In this document: positions 49,225-61,975 of the stretch, piece after piece
Numbering within the stretch: the first letter of the stretch is position 1
Layout of the letters: each line of letters opens with the position of its first letter
Assembly (NCBI RefSeq): GCF_963921235.1
Contig: NC_086101.1
Coordinates: 5,830,001 to 5,894,000, forward strand
Source of the DNA: Mobula hypostoma
Lineage: Eukaryota
Length of the DNA: 64,000 nt
Direction of reading: 5' to 3'
Translations under genes and position numbers: made by a program
Notes under the pieces: generated by a model
Told to the model about the DNA's origin: nothing
Seen by the model: only the letters and a program-made list of their open reading frames with translations
Database searches by the model: none

Positions 49225-52200
49225 TAACCAAAAAAAGTATAACAATTACAGTACGGAAACAGGCCATCTCGGCCCTTCTAGTCCGTGCCGAACGCTTACT
49301 CTCACGAAGTCCCACCGGCCTGCACTCAGCCCATAACCCTCCATTCCTTTCCTGCCCATATATCTATCCAATTTAACTTTAAATGACAATATCGAATCTG
49401 CCTCAACCACTTCTGCTGGAAGCTCGTTCCACACAGCTACCACTCTCTGAGTAAAGAAGTTCCCCCTCATGTTACCCCTAAACTTTTGCCTTTTAACTCT
49501 CAACTCATGTCCCCGTGTTTGAAATCTCCCCTACTCTCAATGGAAAAAAGCCTATCCACGTCAACTCTATCTATCCCCCTCATAATTTTAAATACCTCTA
49601 TCAAGTCCCACCTCAACCTTCTATGCTCCAAAGAATAAAGACGCAACTTGTTAAACCTTTCTCTGTAACTTAGGAAATGAAACCCAGGTAACAGTCTAGT
49701 ACATCTTCTCTGTACTCTCTCTATTTTGTTGACATCTTTCCTATAATTCAGTGACCAGAACTGTACACAATACTCCAAATCTGGCCTTATCAATGCCTTG
49801 TACAATTTTAACATTACATCCAAACTCCAATACTCAATGCTCTGATTTATAAAGGCCAACATGACAAAAGCTTTCTTCACCACCCTATCCACATGAGATT
49901 CCACCTTCAGGGAACTGTGCACCATTATTCCTAGATCCCTCTGTTCTACTGCATTCTTCAATGCCCTAGCATTTAACATGTATGTCCTATTTTCATTAGT
50001 CCTACCAAAATGTAGCACCTCACATTTATCAGCATTAAACTCTACCTGCCATCTTTCAGCCCACTCTTCTAACTGGCCCAAATCTCTCTGCAAGCTTTGA
50101 AAACCTACTTCATTATCCACAACGCCACCTATCTTAGTATCATCTGCATACTTACTAATCCAATTTACCACCTCACCATCTAGATCATTAATGTATATGA
50201 CAAACAACATTGGACCCAGTACAGATCCCTGAGGCACACCGCTAGTCATCGACCTCCAATCTGACAAACAGTTATCCACCACTACTCTCTGGCGTCTCCC
50301 ATCCAGCCACTGCTGAATCCATTTTATTACTTCAATATTAATACCTAACGATTGAACCTCTTGAACTAACCTTCCGTGTGGAACCTTGTCAAAAGCCTTA
50401 CTGAAGTCCATATAGACAACATCCACCGCTTTGCCCTTGTCAACCTTCCTAGTAACCTCTTCAAATATTCAATAAGATTTGTCAAACATGACTTTCCACG
50501 CACAAACCCATGTTGACTGTTTCTAATCAGACCCTGTCTATCCAGATAATTATATATACCATCTCTAAGAATACTTTCCATCAATTTACCCACCACTGAC
50601 GTCTAACTCACAGGCAGATAATTGCTAGGTTTACTCTTAGAACCATTTTTAAACAATGGATCAACATGATCAATACTCCAATCCTCCGGCACCATCCCCG
50701 TTTCTAATGACATTTGAAATATTTCTGTCATATCCCCCGCTATTTCCACACTAACTTCCCTCAAAGTCCTAGGGAATATTCTGTCAGGACCCGGAGACTT
50801 ATCCACTTTTATATTCATTAAAAGCGCCAGTACTTCCTCTTTTTTAATCATCACAGTTTCCATTACTTCCCTACCTGTTTCCCTTACCTTACACAATTTA
50901 ATATCCTTCTCGTTAGTGAATACTGAAGAAAAGAAATTGTTCAAAATCTCCCCCATCTCTTTTGGTTCCACATATAGCCGTCCACTCTGATTCTCTAAGG
51001 GAACAATTTTATCCCTCGCTATCCTTTTTCTATTAATATAACTGTGGAAACCCTTTGGATTTATTTTCATCTCACTTGCCAAAGCAACCTCGTATCTTCT
51101 TTTAGCTTTTCTAATTTCTTTCTTAAGTTTCTTTTTATATTCTTTATATTCCTCGAGCACCTCATTTACTCCATGCTGCCTATATTCATTGTAGATATCC
51201 CTCTTTTTCCGAACCAAGTTTCCAATATCCCTTGAAAACCATGGCTCTCTCAAACTTTTAACCTTTCCATTCAACCTAACAGGAACATAAATATTCTGTA
51301 CCCTCAAAATTTCACCTTTAAATGACCTCCTGTTCTCTATTACATCCTTCCCATAAAACAAATTGTCCCAATCTACTCCTTCTAAATCCTTTTGCATCTC
51401 CTCAAAGTTAACCTTTCTCCAATCAAAATTCTCAACCCTGGGTCCAGACCGATCCTTCTCCGTAATTATATTGAAACTAATGGCATTGTGATCACTGGAC
51501 CCGAAGTGCTCCCCAACACAAACCTCGGTCAGCTGAACTATCTCATTCCCTGACAGGAGATCCTACACTGCCCCTTCTCTAGTTGGTATCTCTATGTATT
51601 GCTGCAAAAAATTATCCGGCACACATTTTGCAAACTCCAAACCATCCAGCCCTTTTACAGTATGGGATTCCCAGTCTATGTGTGGAAAATTAAAATCTCC
51701 CACAATCACAACCTTGTGCTTACCACAAATATCTACTACCTCTTTACAAAATTGCTCCTTCAATTCTCGCTCCCTATTAGGTGGTCTATAATACACCCCT
51801 ACAAGTGTTACTACACCTTTCCCATTCCTCAATTCCTCCCAAATAGCCTCCCTAGACGAGCCCTCTAATCTATCCTGCCAGAGCACTGCTGTAATATTTT
51901 CTCTGACAAGCAATGCAACACCTCCGCCTCTTGTCCTTCCGATTCTATTATGCCTGAAGCAATGAAATCCAGGAATATTTATTTGCCAATCACACCCCTC
52001 CTGTAACTATAGAAACATAGAAACATAGAAAATAGGTGCAGAAGTAGGCCAATCGGCCCTTCGAGCCTGCACCGCCATTCAGTATGATCATGACTGATCA
52101 TCCAACTCAGAACCCTGTACCAGCCTCCCCCCCCCCGATACCCCCTGATCCCTTTAGCCACAAGGGCCATATCTAACTCCCTCTTAAATATAGCCAATGA

Positions 52201-52550
52201 ACTGGCCTCAACTGTTTCCTATGGCAGAGAATTCCACACGTTCACCACTCTCTGTGTGAAGAAGTTTTCCTAATCTCGGTCCTAAAAGGCTTCCCCTTTA
52301 TCCTCAAACTGTGACCCCTCGTTCTGGACTTCCCAACATCGGGAACGATCTTCCTGCATCTAGCTTGTCCAATCCCTTTAGGATTTTGTACATTTAAAAA
52401 ATCCTAAAGGGATTGAACAGGTTAGATGCAGGAAGATTGTTTCACTAGTAGCTACCACATCTTGCTTCCAGGTATCAATCCATGCTTTATGCTCATCCAC
52501 CTTTCTTACAATGCTCCTGGCATTGAAATAAATGCATTTAAGAGATTTAA
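49225..52550 (-). mobile_element. CR1 LINE ORF2 (endonuclease + RT, decayed) with nested young CR1 3' fragment at 52008-52441
   Basis: VYMDFSKAFD, SGVPQGSVLGP, YADD and GVYYRPP...VGDFNFP peptides. Confidence 0.9.
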
Positions 52551-52551
52551 G

Positions 52552-52830
52552 AGTTTCACCGAGCAGCGAGCACCATCTCTGCCGAACGCTTCGACATCGC
52601 CCAGGCCGCCGAGCAACAAGCAAAGCTGAGGACTCGGGGAGATTCTGGATCACACAGTAGCAGCGGCGGCGAAGCAGGCATTTCAGGAGTTTCATGGATG
52701 TTCCTCCGCGCTCTCACGTCTGTCTCCATCAACTCAGGATTGTGCACGGCACCCTACTTGACAGATAACAGATGTCATTCACCGGAGTGGCCACGTAAGC
52801 TGCGTTGCTCCGCCATCTTCTCCTCCCGCC
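52552..52830 (-). mobile_element. Unclassified repeat 5' part, related to 20683-21188
   Basis: Minus strand starts GGCGGGAGGAGAAGATGGCGG (YY1-like AAGATGGCGG); shares sequence with 21020-21188. Confidence 0.5.
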
Positions 52831-53644
52831 GTTTTCAACGTTGAAGAGGTTTGGATAGGTACATGGATAGCTGGAGTATGGAGGGCTATGGACCGGGTGC
52901 AGCTCGATGGGAGTAGGCAGTTTAAATGGTTTGGTACAGTTTAGGTGGATCAAAGGACCTGTTTCTGTGCTGTACTTTAATAATATGACTTGAATAATAA
53001 TAATCATACTAAAACAACACACAGTAGATAGAGAGGTTGTTTGTCTGTCCATAAAGTGATTCAAGGCTCTACGTAATGTCTGATGGAAAATGATACAGTC
53101 CTGGTGCAGTTAGTAGGTGGAGGTGTTGATCAGTCTTACTGCCGGGGAAAGTAACTGTTCTTGAGCCTGGTGGTTCTGGCGTGGATGCTACCTGGCTGCT
53201 TCCCTACAAGAGGACGGATCTTTGCCATGGAAAAGGACTTCACCCTGGGACAGGTTGAAAGTCTGCCCCAGGACAGAGGACTCTGGCGATTTGCTGTCGG
53301 CTGACAGTGCCCAGAAGGCGTGATGGGCTTAAGTCAGGAAGTGTGCATTTTATGGAACGTTCCCATCTATTTCGATGTTCCAGATAGATTTTCCATGAAG
53401 GATCTTAAAGCCACTGCCATGGATGTGGAATGTAGGAACAAAATTAACAATATACTATCGTAACTATAATGTGACAATCTCCAAATACTGTATTTTATTT
53501 ATTTAGAGATATGGATGTTTCCTTAACCAAAACTGATTGCGGGGTTGATACTGGACCCAGAACACTGGGCAAATCCCCAGTCCTTTTTCAAATGGAATCA
53601 GGAACTTTACTGGTTCACAGAACAGCCATTTCCTAATGAAAATA

Positions 53645-54150
53645 CACTCAGTGGCAACTTCATCAAGCACACCTGTACACCTGCTTGTTTATGCAAATAT
53701 CTAATCAGCCAATGTGGTAGCAGCAACTCAATGCATAAAAGCATGCAGGCATGGCCAAGAGGTTCAGTTGTTGTTCAGACCAAAGATCAGAATGGGGAAG
53801 AAATGTGATCTCCGGAACTTTGACCGTGGAATGATTGTTGGTGCCAGATAGGGTGGTTTGAGTGTCTCAGATACTGCTGATCTGGGAATTTCACACACAA
53901 CAGTCTCTGGAGTTTTCAGAGAATGGCGCGAAAAACATGCAGTGAGCCTCAGTTCCGTGGGCGAATCGCCTTGTTAATGAGAGAGTTCACAGGAGACTTG
54001 CAGACTGGTTCAAGCTGACAGGGAGGTGAGAGTAACTCAAATAACCATGTGCAGAAGAACATCTCTGAATGTATAACACGTCAAAGCTTGAAGTGGACGG
54101 GCGACAGCAGCAGAAGACCATCAACATACACTCTGCGGCCACTTTATTAG
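53645..54150 (+). mobile_element. Tc1/mariner remnant
   Basis: TA-CACTCAGTGG terminus. Transposase N-terminus MGKKCDLRNFDRGMIVGAR from ATG 53792. Second same-orientation TIR-like copy at 54129-54150. Confidence 0.8.
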
Positions 54151-54934
54151 TTAAAGGAGGAACCCAGTTATACCGTTCTCTGGATGTTCAGAAGATAAAG
54201 ACAATCAGTTTCCAGAGGATGCAGAAGCGGTATGGTTAAGGGGCAGAATGCCAGGGCTTGAGATCTACCCAGATCCTGAGGGTAGGAACGTCAATGGTGG
54301 AGTGATGGAAGCTGTGAATGAGCAAGAACCCAGCACTGGAGGAGTATAACTTCAAAATCTGGAAGTACAATCAATACCTGGAATCCACACTTGCTTTGTC
54401 TGCTGTCAAACCGTTCAGGATTCCTTGCGGAATTTTCAGAGACTGAGGATCAATTTCAACTCAAGCATAGCTGTGGTAACGATTCACTGGCACATTGACT
54501 GAGACAAGGGAAACTGGTTCAGGAGCCCGATGGCTGCAGCCCGTAGCCACGGGGTGAGTTATGGGAGGGAGAGTAAAAGTCTGGCCGAGTGGAGTCGCAA
54601 CAACAACCTGTCATTCCATGTCAGAAAGTGAAAGGAGCTGATTATTGACTTCAGGTGGACAGGGTCAGCAATGATATCATTTCAGAGGATCTGCCCTGGG
54701 CCTGGCATGTAATTGTAATTATGAAGAAAGCACAGCACTGTCTCTACTTCCTTAAAAGCTTGTGAAGATCCATCATGACATCTAAACCCAGGACAAACTT
54801 CGGCACATGTGTGGCGGAGAGTATGTTCAGTGGTGCATGATGGTCTGGTATGGAATCACCAAAGCCCATGAATAGAAAATCCTCCAGAAGTAGTGGATAC
54901 GGCCCAGTCCATCACTGGTAAAGCCTTAAGGTGA

Positions 54935-56765
54935 CATCTACAGAGGGAAATGGACAAATGGACAGTTTGAGCTCGGTGCCCTTCATCTGGGCTGAAAGTA
55001 AGAGCGGAGAAGACCAGTTTAAAATGGTGGGGAGAAGGGTGGGGTAAGAGCTGGGACGTGATGGGTGCAAAAGGTAACGTGCCGAAGAAGGAATTTGTGG
55101 GAGAGGACAGTGAACCATAGGAGATAAGGAAGGAGCAGGGGCACCAGAGGAGGTGATGGGTAGCTGAGGAGAAGAGAATGTCCTCTGAGTGGGTCACCTG
55201 AAAGGGGAATGAAAAGTGGGGAAGTGGGGAGAAATTTATCGGAAGTCAGAGAAACCAATATTCATGTCATTTGGTTGGAGGCTACCCAGACAGAATATGA
55301 AGTGTTGCTCCTCCAACTTGAGTGTGGCCTCATCATCGCAGTGGAGGAGGTTATGGACAGACATGTCAGGATCAGAATTGCAAGCCCAACTGAAATGGAT
55401 AGCCATGGATAAATCCCGCTCTCTATGGCGGATGGAGCGAAAATGCTTTGTGAAACGGTCCCTCAATCTGCGTCAACCTCCCTGATGTCAAGGATGCCGC
55501 ACCGGATTCAGAATCACGTGTCAGGCAGCACCTCACCTGGAAAGACTGTTTTGGGGTCTGAATGGTGGAGAGGAGGGAGGTGTAACATTTGTCCCACTTT
55601 CAGTAATGAGTACCTGGGGAGAGTGACACATTGAGCTGGGATTCGCGCAAATAATCTTCTCTTCGGTTTTGAACCCATCTAATTCAGGGGAAATGCATAA
55701 AAGGCACAACAGGTCAGTCAGGGTCCGTTGAGGAAGGAACAGGGTTCGCGTTAGCAAGGAATTCACAGATTTGTTTCAAACGCTGCCTGACCTGCTGCGG
55801 GTTTCAACCGTTCCGTTTAATTTTAGTTCTTCGAGCATCTCATTCAACCAACAAAATGCATCTGACACAAGCAATTCTGCAGATGCTATAAATCCTGAAG
55901 AACACACACAAAGTGCTGGAGGAAATCGGCAGGTCAGGCAGCATCTATGGAGAGGAATAAACAGTCGAAATTTCGGACTGAGGCACTTCACCAGAAATGA
56001 AAAGAAAAGGGGACAGAAACCATGATAAGATGGTGGGAGGAGTGAAAGGAGTACAAGCTAGCAAGCTTTGGATTGGCGAGACCAAGTGAGAAGAGGGAAG
56101 ATGTGTGGGTGGAGGAGCGGGTAGGAAGGTAGAAGCTGGGACGGGATAGGTGGAAGTGGTAAGTTGCGGAAGAAAAAGGAATCTGATAGGAGAGTAGAGT
56201 GGACCTTGGATGAAGTGGAGGAGGGGAGGAGATATGCTGATGAGAAGAAGAGAAGGTAACCAGAATGGTGAATGGAAAAAGAGAAGGAAAACTGAAAAAT
56301 ACTAAATGTTCGGGAAATGAATGTTGATGCCATCAGATTGGAGGCTACCCAGATGGAATATGAGGTATTGCTCCTCTGACCAAAGCCTGGCCTCATCGTG
56401 GAAGTAGCTGAAGCCATCAACGACATGACAGAATAGGAATGAGAGGTGGAATTGAAGTACGTGACCTCTGGGAGATCCTGCCTTTCGTGGCGGGCGAAGC
56501 GTAAGTACTCGACAGAGCGGTACATCAATCTACGCCGGGTCTCGCTGATGCAGAGGAGATTCCACCAGGAGCACCGGATACAGTGGGTGACCCCGACAGG
56601 TGTCACTCACAGGTGAAGTGTAACTGCTTGGTCCTGAATGGCGGTGAGGGAAGAGGTGCAGGGGCTGGTGTCGCAATTGTCCCGCTTGCAGGGTTAAGTG
56701 CCAGGAGGGAGATCAGTGGTGGGCGACGAGTGGACGAGGGAGTTACGTACAGCGATCCCTATGTA
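54935..56765 (-). mobile_element. Two degenerate Penelope-like 3' fragments (~54935-55580 and ~55870-56765)
   Basis: LQPNDMNIGFSDFR and GVTHCIRCSWWNLLCISET peptides; decayed pseudo-LTRs. Confidence 0.8.
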
Positions 56766-57114
56766 AAGTGCAGAAAAAAATCTCCACGGAACTCTGATGT
56801 TCTCCTTCTGTGTAAATATTTAATGTATTTGGGAGAGTAACCGTTCGGACAATCGGTTTATCTCGATAACAAAGAGATATATTTTTTCACGGTGAAGGGC
56901 CCCACCTGCTGCTGAAAGCCGGTACTGCAGGAGAGGCGGAAACAAAATGCTGCAACTCTCGACCATTCTTTTGTGGAATGTGGGCATCGTCAGCTGGACC
57001 AACATTTACTGTGCGGTGAACGAGTTCCCAAATTGTTGCTGCTCGACAGCAAGATTTTCACTCTGCGACAATTAAGGTACGGCCGATACATTAATCAGCC
57101 AGAACCCTTTTCCT

Positions 57115-59739
57115 TTCTTTTTAAATCTTTTTATTGAGTAAGTATACAAAAAAGGTAAGCCATATAAACATTAATACAATGTTAAAGTATAATAAAATTC
57201 CAAAAGATAACAATACCAAAAAGAAAATACTACAAACAATGTAATTTAAGCATAAGAAACCAAGATAACATAATAGTATACTAGATTTTATATATATCAA
57301 TGGAAAAAAAAGAAAAAAAAACCCCCAAAAAAAAACCCACCGTGCAACTAACTAAAAGCAAAGCAAAGCAATGGGCTAACTTGAAACCAAACAGAGTTAA
57401 ACTTAAAATCACGTCCTCAATCCCGACCTCCATTAAAACAGTGAAGAAAAAACAAGAAGGGTAAATATTACATTAAATGAAAATATCGAATAAAAGGTCC
57501 CCAAATCTGTTCAAATTTAAATGAAGAATCATAAAGGTTACTTCTAATTTTCTCCAGATTCAAACATAAAATCGTCTGAGAAAACCAAAAAAAGGTAGTT
57601 GGAGCATTAAGCTCTTTCCAATGTTGTAAAATACATCTTTTTGCCATTAAAGTAAGAAATGCAATCATTCTACGGGCTGAAGGGGAAAGATTACTAGAAA
57701 TTTTAGGTAGTCCAAAGATAGCAGTAATAGGGTGAGGAGAGATATCTATATTTAATACCTTAGAAATAATATTGAAAATATCTCTCCAAAAAGTTTCCAA
57801 AGTAGGGCAAGACCAAAACATATGAGTTAAAGAGGCTATCTGCCCCGAACATCTATCACAGAAAGGATTAATATGCGAGTAAAAACGCGCTAACTTATCT
57901 TTGGACATATGTGCTCTATGAACCACTTTAAATTGAATTAGGGAATGTTTAGCACAAATAGAGGAAGTATTAACTAATTGTAAAATCTGCCCCCAATCAT
58001 CCACAGAAATGGTAAGCCCCAATTCCTGTTCCCAATCTACCCTAATCTTATCAAATGGAGCTTTCCTAAGTTTCATAATAATATTATAAATCATAGCCGA
58101 TGCACCTTTCTGACATGGATTAAGGTTAATTATCGAATCTAAAATATATATAGGAGGAAGCATTGGAAAGGAAGTAAGTATAGTACTTAGGAAATTTCTA
58201 ACTTGTAAATATCTAAAAAAATGTATTCTTGATAAGTTATATTTATTAGATAATTGTTCAAAAGACATAAGGGAACCATCTAAAAATAAATCCAAAAACC
58301 GTAAAATACCCTTAGTCTTCCAAGTTTGAAAAGCGCGATCCGTAAAAGAGGGAGGAAAAAATATGTTACCTAAAATAGGAATCGCTAACCCGAATTGATT
58401 AAGATCAAAAAATTTTCTGAATTGAAACCAAATGCGCAAAGCATATTTAACTATCGGGTTAGAGACCTGCTTAAGACGTTTCGAATCAAAAGGAAGAGAG
58501 GAACCTAAAATAGAACCAAGTGTATAACCCTGAACAGATTGTAATTCCAATGCTACCCATTTAGGAATAAATAGTATGTCCCGGTCAAGTAACCAAAATT
58601 TCATATGTCGAATATTAATAGCCCAATAATAAAATCTAAAGTTAGGTAATGCTAAACCTCCATCTCTCTTAGCTTTCTGTAAATGTATTTTACCCAGTCT
58701 CGGATTCTTGTTCTGCCAAATAAATGAAGAAATTTTAGAGTCAACTTTATCAAAAAAAGATTTAGGAACGAAAATTGGTAATGCCTGAAACACATATAAA
58801 AATTTTGGCAAAAAAAACATCTTAACTGCATTAATACGACCAATCAAAGTTAAATATAAGGGAAACCATTTAGATGAAAGTTGAGTAATATGGTCTATTA
58901 ATGGTAAAAAGTTAGTCTTAAATAAATCTTTATGTTTACAAGTAATTTTAATCCCAAGATATGAAAAGTAATTATTAATCAATTTAAATGGAAATTTATA
59001 ATATAAGGGAAGATGTTTATTAATCGGAAAAAGTTCACTCTTACTAAGATTTAATTTATAACCTGAGAAAAGACCAAATTGTGCTAATAACTCTAAAACA
59101 GCAGGAATGGATCTCTCAGGATTAGAAATATATAAAAGTAAATCATCAGCATAGAGTGATAATTTATGGGACTTTAATCCCCGAGTTATCCCAGTAATAT
59201 TTAAAGATTCTCGAATAGCAATTGCAAGAGGTTCTAATGCAATATCAAATAATAGGGGACTAAGAGGACAGCCTTGTCGAGTACCACGAAAGAGAGGAAA
59301 AAAAGGTGAGTTTAAGGAGTTAGTACGAACCGAGGCTACAGGGGAGTAATATAACAGTTTAATCCAGGATATAAATTTCAAGCTAAAATTAAACATTTCA
59401 AGCACCTTAAATAAATAAGGCCATTCTACTCTATCAAAAGCTTTCTCGGCATCTAAAGAAATAACACACTCAGGAACATTTTGTGAGGGAGTATAAACGA
59501 TATTTAACAATGTACGAATATTATAAAAAGAGTAACGACCTTTAATAAAACCCGTTTGGTCTTCCGAAATAATAGAAGGAAGTACTTTTTCTAGTCTATT
59601 TGCTAATAACTTAGAAAAAACTTTAGAATCAACATTTAATAAAGATATTGGTCTATAAGATGCACATTGAGCAGGGTCTTTATCCTTCTTTAGTATTAAA
59701 GAAATTGATGCTCTATTAAAAGATTCCGGAAGTTTACCA
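57115..59739 (-). mobile_element. L1-clade LINE, 5'-truncated, young, 15-bp TSD
   Basis: TSD CAGAACCCTTTTCCT at 57100-57114 and 59740-59754. T-rich 3' UTR, AATAAA and A-rich tail on the minus strand. Confidence 0.95.
57468..59738 (-). CDS. L1 ORF2 fragment (RT + C-terminal Cys/His domain), no start codon
   Basis: Frame is open from the truncation point: YRPISLLN, DAEKAFD, RQGCPLSP, LYADD, CDRC...HMFWSC. Confidence 0.9.
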   Translation of the reverse strand, partial: GKLPESFNRASISLILKKDKDPAQCASYRPISLLNVDSKVFSKLLANRLEKVLPSIISEDQTGFIKGRYSFYNIRTLLNIVYTPSQNVPECVISLDAEKAFDRVEWPYLFKVLEMFNFSLKFISWIKLLYYSPVASVRTNSLNSPFFPLFRGTRQGCPLSPLLFDIALEPLAIAIRESLNITGITRGLKSHKLSLYADDLLLYISNPERSIPAVLELLAQFGLFSGYKLNLSKSELFPINKHLPLYYKFPFKLINNYFSYLGIKITCKHKDLFKTNFLPLIDHITQLSSKWFPLYLTLIGRINAVKMFFLPKFLYVFQALPIFVPKSFFDKVDSKISSFIWQNKNPRLGKIHLQKAKRDGGLALPNFRFYYWAINIRHMKFWLLDRDILFIPKWVALELQSVQGYTLGSILGSSLPFDSKRLKQVSNPIVKYALRIWFQFRKFFDLNQFGLAIPILGNIFFPPSFTDRAFQTWKTKGILRFLDLFLDGSLMSFEQLSNKYNLSRIHFFRYLQVRNFLSTILTSFPMLPPIYILDSIINLNPCQKGASAMIYNIIMKLRKAPFDKIRVDWEQELGLTISVDDWGQILQLVNTSSICAKHSLIQFKVVHRAHMSKDKLARFYSHINPFCDRCSGQIASLTHMFWSCPTLETFWRDIFNIISKVLNIDISPHPITAIFGLPKISSNLSPSARRMIAFLTLMAKRCILQHWKELNAPTTFFWFSQTILCLNLEKIRSNLYDSSFKFEQIWGPFIRYFHLM

Positions 59740-59794
59740 CAGAACCCTTTTCCTGCGAAAGGTAACCCGAAGCAGAAGGAATGAATTGAAATGA

Positions 59795-60230
59795 ATTGAA
59801 TTTAATTGACTTTAGTTCTTACATCTTTCATATACGTGAGGAGTAAAAATCTTTAAGGTACGCCTCTCTCTAAATGTGCAAAGTGCAATTTATAATAATT
59901 TGTAATAAATAGTAGGAGTAAATATTATGACAACAGTACAGTCAGTATAATGTAGAAATACAATTGTATCAGCGTGAATTAATCAGTCTGATGGCCTGGT
60001 GGAAGATGCTGTCTTGGAGCCTGTTGATCCTGGCTTTTATGCTGCGGTACTGTTTCCTAGATGGCGGCAGATGGAACAGTTTGGGGTAGGAGCAACTCGG
60101 GTTCTCAATGATCCTGCTGGCCCCTTTTAATCGCCTGTCTCTGTAAATGTCCTGAATAGTGGGAAGTTTGCATCTACAGATCCGCTCGACTATCAACACC
60201 ACTCTCTGCAGAGTCCTTTGATTGAGAGAA
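59795..60230 (-). mobile_element. Rex1/Babar-like 3' fragment
   Basis: LPTIQDIY...LFHLPPSRKQYRSIKAR...FHQAIRLIN peptide. Confidence 0.7.
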
Positions 60231-60992
60231 TTATAGCTTGTCTTCAACATCAACGATCTGGATGTTGAGTAATCAAATTTTTGGACTACACCAAGACTGG
60301 GGCGTAGTGGGGAGGAATATCAGAGGCATCCAGCGGGACCTGACAGATGGAATTTAATGCAGACAACTGAGGCAGTGCCCATTTTGGAGGACAAACCAGA
60401 GTAGGACTTTCACTGTGAATGTTAGGGCACTGAGGAGTGTTGTAGAACAGAGGGGTCTGGGAACACAGATCCAGAATTCCCTGAAAGTGGTGTCACAGGT
60501 AGAAAAGTTGTAAAGAGAATTTTTGGCATGTTGCCCTTTTAGAAATCAAAGGATATACTGAGTACAGGAGTTGGGATGTTATGCTGAAAGTGTATAAAAT
60601 GTTGGAGATGCCTGACTTGGAGTATCGGTTTGGCACAGACTAGATGGGCCGAAGGGCCTGTTTGCGTGCTGTAGTGCTCTGTGGGTTTATACCTGTTAGC
60701 AGCAGTGATCTCCTTTTGTGCCTTGATTGCTTGTTTTTGACTATATGTATTTTCCCCTAAATTCTATTGAATTTCTTTATTTTGCTGTAAACGCTGACAA
60801 TAAATTTACTTTGAACTTTGATCAAGCTGAGAGTCGCAGCATTTTGTTCTTCCCTTTCCTGCAGTACCAGTTTACAACAGGAGGTGGTGATACTAGCGAA
60901 GAAGACACGAAAAGCGCTTTTAAGTATATAAGGGTAAAAGAGGGTTGAGGGTAGATGTAGGACCAATAGAAATTGCCGCTGGAGGTATTGTA

Positions 60993-61975
60993 ACATAGAA
61001 ACATAGAAAACATACAGCACCGTACACGCCCTTCGGCCCACAAAGCCGTACCGAACATGTCCCTACCTTAGAACTACCTAGGCTTTACACATAGCCCACT
61101 ATTTTTCTAAGCTCCATGTAGCCACCCAGGAGTTTCCGAAAAGACCCTATCGTTTCCACCTCCGCCACCGCCACCGGCAGCCCATTCCACGCACTCACCA
61201 CTCTTTGCTAAAAAACATACACCTGACATCTCCTCTGTACCTGTTTCCAAGCGCCTTAAAACTGTGCCCTCTCATGCTAGCCAATTCAGTCCTAGGAAAA
61301 GCCTCTGACTATCCACACGATCACACGACTAATGGCTCTCATTATCTTTTACACCTCTATCAGGTCACCTCTCATCTTCTGTCGCTCCAAGGAGAAAAAA
61401 ACGAGTTTACTCAACCTATTCTCATAAGGCATGCTCCCCAATCCAGGCAACATCTTTGTAAATCTCCTCTGCACCCTTTCTATAGTTTCCAGGTCCTTCC
61501 TGTAGTGAGGCAAACAGAATTGAGCACAGTGTTCCAACTGGGGTCTGACAAGGGTCCTATATAGGCATAGCTGCAACCTTATCTCTCGGCTCTTAAACTC
61601 AACGCCATGATTGATGAGGGCCAATGCACCGTATGCCTTCTTAACCACAGAGTCAACCTGTGTAGCAGCTTTGAGTGTCCTATGGACTTCGACCCCAAAA
61701 TCCCTCTGATCCTCCACACTGCCAAAAGTCTTACCATTAATACTATAATCTGCCATCATGTTTGACCTAACAAAATGAACCACCTTACACTTATCTGGGT
61801 TGAACTCCATCTGCCACTTCTCAACCCAGTTCTGCATCCTATCAATGTCCCATTGTAACCTCTAACAGTCCTCCACACTATCCACAACACAACCAACCTT
61901 TATGTCATTAGCAAATTTACTAACCCAACCCTCCACTTCCTCATCCAGGTCATTTATAAAAATCACAAAGACTAG
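60993..61975 (-). mobile_element. CR1 3' fragment
   Basis: KWQMEFNPDKC and LVRPQLEHCAQF peptides; (catagaaa)n tail. Confidence 0.88.

Noticed and set aside
54955..56000. Additional hammerheads at ~54960-54995 and ~55960-56000 (also ~33055-33100 and ~34255-34290)
   Set aside because: Core boxes or stems are mutated in copy-specific ways; they are decayed relics.
56855..56894. V(D)J recombination signal (CACCGTG...AGATAAACC on the minus strand)
   Set aside because: Spacer is 24 nt, heptamer and nonamer are both imperfect, and no Ig/TCR segment is adjacent.
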